Origin: Pseudoalteromonas translucida KMM 520
GTDB lineage: Bacteria; Pseudomonadota; Gammaproteobacteria; Enterobacterales; Alteromonadaceae
NCBI RefSeq assembly: GCF_001465295.1
Contig: NZ_CP011034.1
Location: forward strand, 3,270,001-3,302,000
Direction: 5' to 3'
Length of the DNA: 32,000 bases
This document shows positions 8,199 to 20,472 of this stretch, in pieces. The notes below the pieces were generated by a model. That model was not told the DNA's origin, made no database searches, and worked only from the letters and a program-made list of their open reading frames with translations. Each line of letters starts with the position of its first letter. The stretch's first letter is position 1. The position numbers and the translations under genes are program-made.

Positions 8199-9980
8199 TT
8201 AAATATCCTGTTTAGCGAGTTCGTTTTTAATATACAAACGAATTTGCTGCTCAAGTACAGATAACGGTACTGAGCCATGGCGTAGCACTTGATGATGGAA
8301 CTCTCGCACATCAAATTTTTGGCCAAGGGCCTGCTCCGCTTCTTTACGTAAGCGCTTAATAGTTAATTCTCCAATTTTATACGATAACGCCTGCGCAGGC
8401 CATGAAATATAACGATCTGTTTCAGTTTTAACGTTGTGCAACGACAAAGCAGTGTTATCGCCCATAAAATTCATCGCGCGTTCACGGCTCCAGCCATACA
8501 TATGCATTCCCGTATCAACAACTAAACGTGCAGCGCGCCACATTTCATAGGTTAAACGTCCAAAACGGCTGTATGGATCTTGATAAAATCCAGCTTCTAT
8601 TCCTAAGTACTCAGAATAAAGCCCCCACCCCTCACCAAATGCTGATAAATAAGCATCGCGGCGATAACTCGGCAAATTTTCTAGCTCAGCATTAAGTGAT
8701 ATTTGTAAATGATGCCCTGGTACAGCTTCATGCAATGTTAACGCCTCTAGCGCATAAAGAGGTCGCTTATCTAGCGCATAAGTATTTACCCAGTAATAAC
8801 CGGCTTGGTCGTCACGGCTCGAACCAGAATAACGCCCAGTAGTATATTTAGGAGCAATATTGGCTGGAACAGCCACTACGCCATAAGGTTTGCGAGGCAA
8901 GGTATGAAATAAAGTAGGCAGTTGCGCATCCATTTTTTTAGCAATATAAGCTGCTTCTTTTAGTAACTGCTCTGGGGTAGTTGCGTAAAACTGCGGATCA
9001 GTACGTAAAAAGTGGATAAATTCGGCAAACGTGCCTTTAAAACCGACTTCTTTTATTACCTGCTCCATTTCGCTACGAATACGCGCCACTTCTTTTAGGC
9101 CCAACTCATGAATTTCTTTTGGGGTCATATCGGTAGTGGTGTAATGCTTGGCGCGATTAGCATAAAAAGCAGCCCCATTAGGCGTTGCCGAAATACCAAT
9201 ACTGTCTCGAGCACCTGCTTGATACTCTTCAGTAAAAAAGGTGAGGTAATCTTTATAAGCTGCTATTACTTGTTCTTTAATGATTGTTTTAGCTTGGAGT
9301 TGCAGCTCATAAAATTCGCTGCTAGTTAAGCCTGCAGTATTCGTTAAAAATGGCTGATAAAATTCAGACTGTGTTACATCATCAACTATATAAACACTAA
9401 TTGAATCTTCATAACCTTTAAGTACAGCTTTAGGCTGCGTTAACCCTATTGCTAAACCTTGTTTCATCCAATAAATATTTTGCTCAAAAAAACGTGGTAC
9501 CTGAGCTAATCGCGCTAAATAATTTTTATAATCTTGCAACGTTTTATATTGTGAGCTTTTAACCATAAACGACAAGCTTGAGTGAAACCCATATTCAGAT
9601 GTAAGCGGCATGTAATGGGCATTAAATACATATTCATCCACGCTATTTTGTACTTGAGCACGCAAAATACTAAAGTTAATCCGATTTTCATCACTTAACT
9701 TATCCATGCTTACTGTATCTAAATCGGCAAGTAGTTGGGTATTTTTTTTATATTCTTGCGCTAAATACTCAGCAGTTAAATTAGGTAGTAAGTAGCCATC
9801 TACCCCCTGAGGATTATTACTATAAGGGCTGGCATCTTGTCTATTTTGCACAATATTTTCGGCAACTTGAGTAAATTGCTTATCGGCATTAAGTGAGGTT
9901 GTTTGGCATGCACTTAAGGTACATAAAAAAGTAATTCCCACTAGCGAGTGGCGTAATGGTCGAGATAAAAGTTGATTCAT
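8199..9980 (-). CDS. DUF885-family lipoprotein (putative metallopeptidase-like)
   Basis: 593 aa. Lipoprotein signal with lipobox LSAC (…ITFLCTLSAC|QTT). HEAVPGHH motif and overall length typical of DUF885. Confidence 0.8.
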   Translation of the reverse strand: MNQLLSRPLRHSLVGITFLCTLSACQTTSLNADKQFTQVAENIVQNRQDASPYSNNPQGVDGYLLPNLTAEYLAQEYKKNTQLLADLDTVSMDKLSDENRINFSILRAQVQNSVDEYVFNAHYMPLTSEYGFHSSLSFMVKSSQYKTLQDYKNYLARLAQVPRFFEQNIYWMKQGLAIGLTQPKAVLKGYEDSISVYIVDDVTQSEFYQPFLTNTAGLTSSEFYELQLQAKTIIKEQVIAAYKDYLTFFTEEYQAGARDSIGISATPNGAAFYANRAKHYTTTDMTPKEIHELGLKEVARIRSEMEQVIKEVGFKGTFAEFIHFLRTDPQFYATTPEQLLKEAAYIAKKMDAQLPTLFHTLPRKPYGVVAVPANIAPKYTTGRYSGSSRDDQAGYYWVNTYALDKRPLYALEALTLHEAVPGHHLQISLNAELENLPSYRRDAYLSAFGEGWGLYSEYLGIEAGFYQDPYSRFGRLTYEMWRAARLVVDTGMHMYGWSRERAMNFMGDNTALSLHNVKTETDRYISWPAQALSYKIGELTIKRLRKEAEQALGQKFDVREFHHQVLRHGSVPLSVLEQQIRLYIKNELAKQDI

Positions 9981-10316
9981 TATTATATAGCTTCACAATT
10001 AAATAGATTTTGTAAACCTATCGCAGGTTAAATAAATAGCAAGATAAATACGACCAAGCACACAAAAACTAATACGACTGATATAAGCCGGTTGGTATTT
10101 AATAATCAGCAATAAAACATAGCTTTTAATGAAACGAGAAGTAATTGACGATAAAAGCAGCCATTATGTTGCTAAAGTAAAAATTTAGATAACTAACTGT
10201 CGTTTTTACTTTTAAATAACCAATATAATGATTATGGTACAAGTGCTTGGATGCGAAACGCTTCACTGGATGAGTTTATAAATTAATACGCATATGTATT
10301 TAGTTGGTATTTGCAA

Positions 10317-11318
10317 ATGATGTTCCATGACTCCATGGCTGTAGCACAAGATAAAATGACAAAAGTGTGTGTATTTTTAGAGCGCCATTTTTTGCCACCT
10401 ACACCACTTAATTATCAGGTCGTTTATACTTATATTAGCCAAGTAAACAACGACCTTAATAGCGCCATTGAGCGCGCTATTGCAAGTAACACTCTTATTG
10501 ACAGTTTATTTACCGAGCAACTCTACTTTGAGCATTTAAATCAAGGGCATGCCACTGAAGTGTCGATGATAGAGAATGTTAATGGGGTAATTAACTCGCT
10601 GTCTAAAAACGCACAACACACTGAAAAACAAATTATTAATTTTGCCGGCCATATTAGCGAGTGTATGCATTCGCTTGATGAAAATAATATTAAAAATAGC
10701 CGGATCGCACTTGCAAGGTTAGATCAGCAAACAGCAACACTGTTAACTCAACACAAACAGTTTAAACAACAATTAAGTAATGCTAAACAACTCCACGAAA
10801 AAACTAAAAAGCAGCTTAATACCCTGCGTAAACAACATATTATTGATAGTCAAACTGGCTTGTATAAACGCCATTATTTAACCAAACAAGTACAAATATG
10901 GGCAAATCAACATAAACCGGTTTGTGCTATTGCTATTCAGATAGACAATTTAGATCACTTTATTGATAACTTTGGCGATGTAATTGCAGAAGCAATTTTA
11001 AGCAAAGTGGCTAAACAAGTACAAAAATATGTGTTTCAAAGCGGCCTAGCGGGGCGTACCGCAAAAGATCAATTTACTGTATTACTTACCGACGTAGATT
11101 GTGAAACAACTAATTTAATTGCTGAAAAAGTACGCGCTGGCGTTGCAAAGCTGCGCTTTATTAGCTCAAAAAGCGCGCTAGAATTACCAGCAATTAAACT
11201 CTCTTTGGGGATTGCACAGCAACAACAAGCTAACTTTGAGCAATTAACTAAAAGTGCTTCTAATGCGGCATTTAAAGCACGCTCTTTAGGGCAAAATAGC
11301 TTTACTGCTGAGCATTAA
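10317..11318 (+). CDS. GGDEF-domain protein with degenerate active site (AKDQF in place of GG[D/E]EF) and a coiled-coil N-terminal region
   Basis: GGDEF-fold landmarks are present: DSQTGLYKRHYL, IQIDNLDHFIDNFGD, LSLGIAQ, AAFKARSLGQNSF. The signature pentapeptide reads GRTAKDQFTVLL. The track start at 10311 is TTG. I chose the ATG at 10317, but the start is uncertain because there is no clear SD. Confidence 0.8.
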   Translation: MMFHDSMAVAQDKMTKVCVFLERHFLPPTPLNYQVVYTYISQVNNDLNSAIERAIASNTLIDSLFTEQLYFEHLNQGHATEVSMIENVNGVINSLSKNAQHTEKQIINFAGHISECMHSLDENNIKNSRIALARLDQQTATLLTQHKQFKQQLSNAKQLHEKTKKQLNTLRKQHIIDSQTGLYKRHYLTKQVQIWANQHKPVCAIAIQIDNLDHFIDNFGDVIAEAILSKVAKQVQKYVFQSGLAGRTAKDQFTVLLTDVDCETTNLIAEKVRAGVAKLRFISSKSALELPAIKLSLGIAQQQQANFEQLTKSASNAAFKARSLGQNSFTAEH

Positions 11319-11397
11319 TTAGCTGATAAATCATATTCAAATTGCACCTTCAGGGCACAATCAAGTACACTAGTCTTTATTACCACGATAGAGATTA

Positions 11398-12156
11398 ATG
11401 ATGAGCGAAACACCACAAAAGACCACGCATTTTGGCTATAAAACGGTAGCCGAAAACGATAAAGCCTCAATGGTTGCAGACGTATTTCATTCAGTTGCGG
11501 CAAAATACGACGTAATGAATGACTTAATGTCTTTTGGGGTGCATCGTTTATGGAAACGTCAAACAATAGCCAGCTCTGGCGTTCGTAAAGGTCACCATGT
11601 TTTAGATTTAGCCGGTGGTACGGGCGATTTAACTGCAAAATTTAGCCAATTAGTCGGAGAAACCGGTCAGGTTATACTGGGTGATATTAACTCATCTATG
11701 TTAAAAGTAGGCCGCGAAAAACTCCATAATTTAGGCTTAGTTGGCAATATTGACTACGTACAAATGAACGCTGAAGCCTTGCCATTCCCTGATAATAGCT
11801 TTGATCTGATCACTATTGCATTTGGTTTACGTAATGTAACCGACAAAGACAAAGCATTACGCTCAATGTACCGCATTTTAAAACCAGGCGGGCGCTTACT
11901 GGTATTAGAGTTTTCAAAGCCAGAGCATGAAATACTTAGTAAAGCATACGACTTTTATTCATTTAACTTATTACCAACTATGGGTAAGTTAGTAGCAAAC
12001 GACAGCGAATCGTACAAGTATTTAGCTGAGTCGATTCGTATGCACCCAGATCAAGACACGCTTAAAAGCATGATGTCTGATGCAGGCTTTGAGCAAACCA
12101 CTTATCAAAACTTAACCGGTGGTATTGTTGCGCTGCATCGTGGCTTTAAATACTAA
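11398..12156 (+). CDS. ubiE: Ubiquinone/menaquinone biosynthesis C-methyltransferase
   Basis: 252 aa. THFGYKTV N-terminus, SAM motif [23 protein letters not shown], and a C-terminal [12 protein letters not shown] typical of UbiE. Confidence 0.95.
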   Translation: MMSETPQKTTHFGYKTVAENDKASMVADVFHSVAAKYDVMNDLMSFGVHRLWKRQTIASSGVRKGHHVLDLAGGTGDLTAKFSQLVGETGQVILGDINSSMLKVGREKLHNLGLVGNIDYVQMNAEALPFPDNSFDLITIAFGLRNVTDKDKALRSMYRILKPGGRLLVLEFSKPEHEILSKAYDFYSFNLLPTMGKLVANDSESYKYLAESIRMHPDQDTLKSMMSDAGFEQTTYQNLTGGIVALHRGFKY

Positions 12157-12167
12157 GGTAAATAATT

Positions 12168-12845
12168 ATGGCGCTTGAGCAAGCAACCGAAAAAAATTCT
12201 ACAGAGGCTCCCTCAACTGATTTTTTTATGTTACCCAACTTAGTACTTTCGCTCGTGGAGCGAATACTTAATCAAGCACTTAAACTCGATACAAGCCTAT
12301 CGGGAAAGCTGGCAGCAGTTAAGCATCAGCGCTTAGTCGTTGATGTTAGGGGCTCTCAGTTGAAGCTGCTGCTAGTATTTAGCGACAAGCAACTTCATTT
12401 ATATAGCGCAACCAGTGATACAGACGCCGATTGCATGATCAGCGCCGACCTTAACACCCTGCTTGCGCTAAAAAACCCAGCCATGCTTACCCAGCTTATT
12501 CGCCAAGATAAACTTGATTTGCAAGGTGATTTAAACATAGCTCAAACCTATAGCAATGCCTTTTCAACACTAGATATTGATTGGCCTGAGCAGCTTTCAT
12601 CGCACCTTGGTGATGCTCCCGCACAGCAATTATATTTACACCTCAAAACGCTCCAGCAACACGGCAATAAAGCAAAAGCGCAGTTAAGCCGCACACTAAC
12701 AAGCTTATGCCAAGATGAATTGGCAATTGCCATCCATCCGTTAGAGCTTAAACAATTTAAACAACAAAACCGTGAGCTTAAAGGCCAAGTTGCTGCTATA
12801 GAACAGCGTATTAATGCCTTACTAACCACTTTGACTACCCGCTAA
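12168..12845 (+). CDS. ubiJ: Ubiquinone biosynthesis accessory factor UbiJ (SCP2-domain protein, YigP-like)
   Basis: 225 aa. It occupies the conserved position between ubiE and ubiB. It has an SCP2-like N-domain and a C-terminal coiled coil (ELKGQVAAIEQRINALL). AAGG SD upstream. Confidence 0.8.
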   Translation: MALEQATEKNSTEAPSTDFFMLPNLVLSLVERILNQALKLDTSLSGKLAAVKHQRLVVDVRGSQLKLLLVFSDKQLHLYSATSDTDADCMISADLNTLLALKNPAMLTQLIRQDKLDLQGDLNIAQTYSNAFSTLDIDWPEQLSSHLGDAPAQQLYLHLKTLQQHGNKAKAQLSRTLTSLCQDELAIAIHPLELKQFKQQNRELKGQVAAIEQRINALLTTLTTR

Positions 12846-12854
12846 GGATTTTTT

Positions 12855-14456
12855 GTGTCAACTGCACGACTGTATTACATCACTAAAACACTGCTTAGCT
12901 ACGGGTTAGATGAGTTAGTGCCAAAACATAAAATTCCTTGGTTTGCGAAAATAGCCCGAGGTAGTTTATTTTGGCTGCGTAATCAGCATAAAGATAAGCC
13001 CGCAGGGCTGCGATTACGATTAGCACTACAACAGCTTGGCCCAGTATGGGTTAAGTTTGGTCAAATGCTCTCTACGCGTCGTGATTTACTGCCGCACGAA
13101 ATTGCATTAGAGCTGGCATTTTTGCAAGATCAGGTTGAACCTTTTTCTGGCGAGCTTGCACAAAAAATAATAGAAAAAGCTCTCGAAATTAATGACATAA
13201 GCGAGCGTTTTAGTGAGTTCTCACAAACACCACTGGCGTCGGCATCCATAGCCCAAGTACATACCGCAACGTTAGTTGACACAAATGGTATAGAGCAAGA
13301 TGTAGTTATTAAAGTAATTCGCCCTAATATTAATCAACAAATTAATGCCGACTTAGCCTTAATGGAAAAGCTCGCTAAGGTGCTAGCAAAAGTACATCAC
13401 GAATCAAAACGTCTGCGTCCTGTTGAAGTAGTAAAAGAGTACAAAAAGACCCTGCTTGATGAGCTTGATTTAATGCGCGAAGGTGCAAACGGCATTCAAC
13501 TTAAACGTAATTTTGAAGACTCAGACTCGCTTTACATTCCTACCGTTTATAGCGATTACAGCCGCCATAATATATTAGTAATGGAACGTATTTATGGTAT
13601 TGCGGTATCAGATACTGATGCTTTATTAGCGCAAAACACCAATATGAAACTACTGGCTGAGCGTGGCGTTGAAGTGTTTTTTACCCAAGTGTTCAGAGAC
13701 AGCTTTTTTCATGCTGATATGCACCCAGGTAATATTTTTGTTTCTCGTGAGCACCCCGAAAACCCTAAATATATTGGTATAGATTGCGGTATTGTAGGCA
13801 CCTTAAATAAAGAAGATAAACGCTATTTAGCGGAAAACTTTATTGCCTTTTTTAATCGCGATTATCGCCAAGTTGCACAGTTGCATGTGGACTCGGGTTG
13901 GGTACCGCCAGATACCAGTATTGAAGAGTTTGAATTTGCTATTCGCACTGTCTGCGAGCCTATATTTAATAAGCCTTTAGCTGAAATTTCGTTTGGTCAT
14001 GTATTGGTTAATTTATTTAATACTGCAAGGCGCTTTAATATGCAGGTACAACCACAATTAGTATTACTGCAAAAAACCTTATTGTATGTTGAAGGTTTAG
14101 GCCGCCAGCTTTATCCACAATTAGATTTATGGAAAACCGCAAAGCCCTTTTTAGAAGATTGGGTTAAGCAACAAGTTGGCCCGCTATCGGTTATAAAGCA
14201 AATGTATGCACAATTACCCTTTTGGGCCGAAAAAATGCCAGAGCTGCCCGATCTAATTTATCAAAGCTTAAAACGCCCACCACAAATTCAAGTACAGGCT
14301 CCGAAGGGATCTCATAAACCTTTGGTTTTAGGTTTGTTTAGCAGTGTGGCTATGGTTATTGCTGCATTATTTTATTTACAACACGATTTAATTGCCGCAA
14401 GTATCGCTATAAGTAGCGCTATTATTGGTTTTATAGCAGCGTGGCATAGTACATAA
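12855..14456 (+). CDS. ubiB: Ubiquinone biosynthesis regulatory protein kinase UbiB (ABC1/ADCK family)
   Basis: 533 aa with a GTG start preceded by AAGGA. ABC1 motifs present: [42 protein letters not shown]-terminal TM helices. Confidence 0.95.
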   Translation: MSTARLYYITKTLLSYGLDELVPKHKIPWFAKIARGSLFWLRNQHKDKPAGLRLRLALQQLGPVWVKFGQMLSTRRDLLPHEIALELAFLQDQVEPFSGELAQKIIEKALEINDISERFSEFSQTPLASASIAQVHTATLVDTNGIEQDVVIKVIRPNINQQINADLALMEKLAKVLAKVHHESKRLRPVEVVKEYKKTLLDELDLMREGANGIQLKRNFEDSDSLYIPTVYSDYSRHNILVMERIYGIAVSDTDALLAQNTNMKLLAERGVEVFFTQVFRDSFFHADMHPGNIFVSREHPENPKYIGIDCGIVGTLNKEDKRYLAENFIAFFNRDYRQVAQLHVDSGWVPPDTSIEEFEFAIRTVCEPIFNKPLAEISFGHVLVNLFNTARRFNMQVQPQLVLLQKTLLYVEGLGRQLYPQLDLWKTAKPFLEDWVKQQVGPLSVIKQMYAQLPFWAEKMPELPDLIYQSLKRPPQIQVQAPKGSHKPLVLGLFSSVAMVIAALFYLQHDLIAASIAISSAIIGFIAAWHST

Positions 14457-14488
14457 ACTAGGTGCTATTTACGTTTTTAGGCGTATAA

Positions 14489-14516
14489 TTAGTATTTAAA
14501 ATATACACTTTATAAT
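14489..14516 (+). promoter_or_regulatory. Candidate sigma70 promoter for tatA
   Basis: TTAGTA (14489-14494), a 16-nt spacer, then TATAAT (14511-14516), 21 nt upstream of the tatA ATG. Such hexamers are common in AT-rich DNA, so confidence is low. Confidence 0.25.
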
Positions 14517-14536
14517 TATGAAAACGGGAGATAAAC

Positions 14537-14800
14537 ATGGGATTTGGCGGTATTAGTCTTTGGCAGTTATTGATTGTATTAGCAATTATTGTACTTTTGT
14601 TTGGCACTAAAAAATTACGCGGTATTGGTGGTGATTTAGGGGGCGCAGTTAAAGGCTTTAAAAAAGCAATGTCTGACGAACAAAATACAGGTAAGCAAAG
14701 CACAGATAAAGAACAGCCAGAGCAGATTCAAAAATCAGAAGAGAGTGCACCGCTTGATTCTGCCGATACAGAAAAAAACAAAGACAATAACAAGGTTTAA
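14537..14800 (+). CDS. tatA: Twin-arginine translocase subunit TatA
   Basis: 87 aa. [45 protein letters not shown] is canonical TatA. GGGAGA SD at 14526-14531. Confidence 0.95.
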   Translation: MGFGGISLWQLLIVLAIIVLLFGTKKLRGIGGDLGGAVKGFKKAMSDEQNTGKQSTDKEQPEQIQKSEESAPLDSADTEKNKDNNKV

Positions 14801-14805
14801 TTAGC

Positions 14806-15138
14806 ATGGGGATGTGGGAGCTAATTGTTGTTTTAATTGTTGGTTTAGTGGTGCTTGGTCCAGAGCGTTTACCTGTAGCAATTAGAACGGTAAGCCGCTG
14901 GATAAAAACTGCAAAGTCGCTTGCTAACTCAGTGAAAGCTGAAGTGAGCGAAGAGTTACGTGTGCACGAATTACACGAAAACCTTAAAAAAGCGGAGCAA
15001 CAAAACTTAACCGATTTAAGCCCTGAACTACAAAGTTCACTAACTGAACTACAACAGGCTGCTCAGTCTGTGACCCACAGTTATAAAAAAACTCAAATCG
15101 ATCCCTCTAATAAGCAAAATATTGATGATACAAAGTGA
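14806..15138 (+). CDS. tatB: Twin-arginine translocase subunit TatB
   Basis: 110 aa. N-terminal TM helix plus the GPERLP hinge and an amphipathic helix. Position is between tatA and tatC. Confidence 0.9.
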   Translation: MGMWELIVVLIVGLVVLGPERLPVAIRTVSRWIKTAKSLANSVKAEVSEELRVHELHENLKKAEQQNLTDLSPELQSSLTELQQAAQSVTHSYKKTQIDPSNKQNIDDTK

Positions 15139-15186
15139 AATTAATTTCTCACTTTGTGGTCAACTTACTAAATGGTATAAATAATA

Positions 15187-15927
15187 ATGGCTGAGGAAGT
15201 AAAATCGGGGTTTGTCGCGCATTTAATTGAATTACGCGACCGGCTGATTAAATCACTATTAAGCATTTTAGTTATTTTTATTGCAATAGTGTATTTTGCA
15301 AACGACATTTATACATTTGTTGCAGCGCCATTAATTTCACATTTGCCAAGCACTGCAACCATGATAGCAACTGATGTCACAGCGCCATTTTTTGCTCCTT
15401 TTAAACTAACATTATTTGTCGCATTATTTGCCTCTATTCCGTGGATATTACACCAGGTTTGGGGTTTTATAGCTCCGGGGTTGTATAAACACGAAAAACG
15501 TATGTTAATGCCAATACTCGCCTCAAGCATCTTTTTGTTTTATGGTGGTATTGCCTTTTGCTACTTTGTAGTACTGCCTATTATTTTAGGCTTTTTTACC
15601 AGTGCTGGCCCTGCAATGCTCACCTTAGCACCGGATATAAGTAGCTACTTAGGGTTTGTACTAAAACTATTTTTTGCCTTTGGTGTCGCTTTCGAAATTC
15701 CAGTAGCCATTATGCTGCTGTGCTGGAGCGGCGCTACAACAACGCAAAGTTTAAAAGAAAAACGTCCCTATATTGTAGTGGGTGTTTTTGTAGTGGCGAT
15801 GTTTTTAACACCGCCCGATGTATTGTCACAAACTTTATTAGCGCTACCTATGCTTATTTTGTTTGAGCTAGGCCTAATTTTAGCTAAATTTTATACCGCT
15901 AAACCACAACAAGAATCTGAGGAATAA
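15187..15927 (+). CDS. tatC: Twin-arginine translocase subunit TatC
   Basis: 246 aa. HLIELRDRLI N-terminal motif, six hydrophobic helices, PPD motif (LTPPDVLSQ). Confidence 0.95.
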   Translation: MAEEVKSGFVAHLIELRDRLIKSLLSILVIFIAIVYFANDIYTFVAAPLISHLPSTATMIATDVTAPFFAPFKLTLFVALFASIPWILHQVWGFIAPGLYKHEKRMLMPILASSIFLFYGGIAFCYFVVLPIILGFFTSAGPAMLTLAPDISSYLGFVLKLFFAFGVAFEIPVAIMLLCWSGATTTQSLKEKRPYIVVGVFVVAMFLTPPDVLSQTLLALPMLILFELGLILAKFYTAKPQQESEE

Positions 15928-15928
15928 T

Positions 15929-16426
15929 ATGAACAAAAAACTACTCTCACTATTAGTTTTGTTAAGCGCACCGACTTTTGCAGCCACTGCTATTAACGAG
16001 CAAGCACTGCAAGCATGTAGCTTTATTGAAAACGACTTTAATCGTCTGCTTTGTTACGATAATACGGTTGCCGGTAAACCGCTGAGCAAGCCTACTGTAA
16101 ATAAAACACTCTCACCAACAAATACAGAAGCCACCGCACCTGTTGCTGTAGCGGTAACACAAGCAGAAGAGTTTGGTTTAGAGCATAAAAATATTGCGAA
16201 AGAAAATGACAGCTCTATTAGCTCAACTGTATCAGCCATTAAAGAAGCGGCTTATGGTGAGTTAATTATTACTCTAGAAAACGGCCAACAATGGCGTCAA
16301 ATTGGATCTGATGGCATAACGCTAAAAGAAGATGACAACGTGGTTATTAGTCGTGGTGTATTTAATTCTTTTTTATTAAAAAAAGAAGGTCAAAACCGCT
16401 CTATACGCGTTAAACGTACTCAATAA
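15929..16426 (+). CDS. Hypothetical secreted protein (Sec-type signal peptide) embedded in the tat operon
   Basis: 165 aa. Signal peptide MNKKLLSLLVLLSAPTFA|ATA, a Cys pair (C30, C42), a P/T/A-rich linker, and a beta-rich C-terminal domain. GAGGA SD at 15919-15923, inside the tatC 3' end. The start is 1 nt after the tatC stop, and its stop overlaps the tatD ATG (TAATG). Confidence 0.7.
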   Translation: MNKKLLSLLVLLSAPTFAATAINEQALQACSFIENDFNRLLCYDNTVAGKPLSKPTVNKTLSPTNTEATAPVAVAVTQAEEFGLEHKNIAKENDSSISSTVSAIKEAAYGELIITLENGQQWRQIGSDGITLKEDDNVVISRGVFNSFLLKKEGQNRSIRVKRTQ

Positions 16427-17210
16427 TGCCATACAGCTTAATTGATGCTGGGGTTAATTTAACTAACCATCAGTTTGATGGACAGCATCAAGACATTATT
16501 GCCCGCGCTAAAGCTGCGGGAGTTAAGCATATGCTGATTATAGGCTGCGATGTGGCAGCCAGTGAACAGTCGCTTGAGCTGGCTATAAAGCATCATCAAT
16601 TTTCTACAGCAGGCGTACATCCTCACGATGCTAAATCGGCTACTGATGAGCTTGAGGCGCAACTCACTCAACTTGCAAGCCATAAGCAAGTTATAGCCAT
16701 TGGAGAGTGCGGCCTTGATTATAATCGCGACTTTTCACCTCGCGATGTACAACGAAGCGTACTTAGGCGCCAGCTTGCCCTAGCAGAACAGCTAAACTTA
16801 CCTGTATATTTGCATGAGCGTGATGCCCGCGAAGACATGATAAGCATTTTAAAAGAATTTAATGTACGCGGCGTATTACATTGCTTTACAGGTAACGCTC
16901 AGGCATTAAAAAACTACTTAGCGTTAGGGCTTTATATAGGCATTACCGGCTGGGTTTGCGATGAACGCCGAGGAAAAGAGCTACAACAATTAATCCCCAG
17001 TATCCCTCTTAATAAACTATTAATAGAAACTGATGCGCCTTTTTTGATTCCGCGCACCGTTAGCCCAAAGCCTAAATCTCGCCGTAATGAGCCTGCCTTA
17101 TTAACTTATGTGTGCGAAACAATTGCCCAATTATATAACCTTACTCCTGAGGCAATAGCGCAACAAACTACTCTAAATTTTTATCATGTTTTTGGTTTAA
17201 AAGCTAAGTA

Positions 17211-17211
<1 letters not shown>
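16426..17211 (+). CDS. tatD: TatD-family metal-dependent deoxyribonuclease/hydrolase
   Basis: 261 aa. LIDAGVNLT N-terminus, GVHPH, IGECGLDY, HERDA, HCFTG and ETDAPFL motifs of the TatD family. Confidence 0.9.
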
Positions 17212-20089
<2,878 letters not shown>

Positions 20090-20096
20090 GCCTTAC

Positions 20097-20119
20097 AAGG
20101 CGGGTAACAAGCCCGCCTT
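20097..20119 (+). terminator. Rho-independent terminator candidate after hemB
   Basis: Stem AAGGCGGG (20097-20104) / CCCGCCTT (20112-20119) with a 7-nt loop, followed by the T-rich ACTTTATCTTT. Confidence 0.5.
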
Positions 20120-20472
20120 ACTTTATCTTTAATTACAAATTTAAATAGTGTTACATCATTTTTCCGCTGCTATAACTCAACGAAACTGCTACCTATATAA
20201 CCAGTATTAGCCCTCCTCTTTGCTTTATTTAATTGGGATTAATTTTTGTATCCGTTAAACCTAATATATACAAATGTAATTCAGACAAGCTTCAGTAAAC
20301 TTTGTGTACTATCCGTACTAAATCTACTCACTCTCGTATTTAGACTGTAAACAACTAACCATACTTGAGCCTTAGTTACATATTTATTATTAAAAGTACC
20401 AATGAAACAAATTAATAAATCGATACCAATCTTAACTGTAAAAATAAGTCATGTTTTTATAAAGGAACGAAA

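Noticed and set aside
9981-10316. Searched the leaders of the GGDEF genes, the LuxR-family gene (78-290) and opgG (20120-20472) for c-di-GMP (GEMM) or other riboswitch-like conserved cores.
   Set aside because: I could not recognise any riboswitch consensus elements by eye. A covariance-model scan (Infernal/Rfam) would be needed to exclude them formally.
11315-11638. 107-aa minus-strand ORF overlapping the ubiE 5' region.
   Set aside because: It is antisense to the highly conserved ubiE. The same judgement applies to the other short antisense ORFs in the track: 257-457, 644-844, 2616-2882, 3488-3673, 4485-4793, 5782-6000, 7114-7299, 9108-9329, 12548-12829, 14458-14703, 15309-15530, 16054-16239, 16459-16689, 18458-19148, 19192-19663, 21732-21989, 23749-23964, 24840-25903, 27627-27911, 28516-28734, 29145-30152 and 30793-30993.
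15929-16000. Looked for a twin-arginine (S/T-R-R-x-F-L-K) signal on the tat-embedded orf165. Also checked OpgG and the DUF885 lipoprotein.
   Set aside because: None has an RR motif. orf165 has MNKKLL..., OpgG has MKAPIHLISTWKK..., and DUF885 has a lipobox. All appear Sec-dependent, so no Tat-substrate relationship can be claimed.
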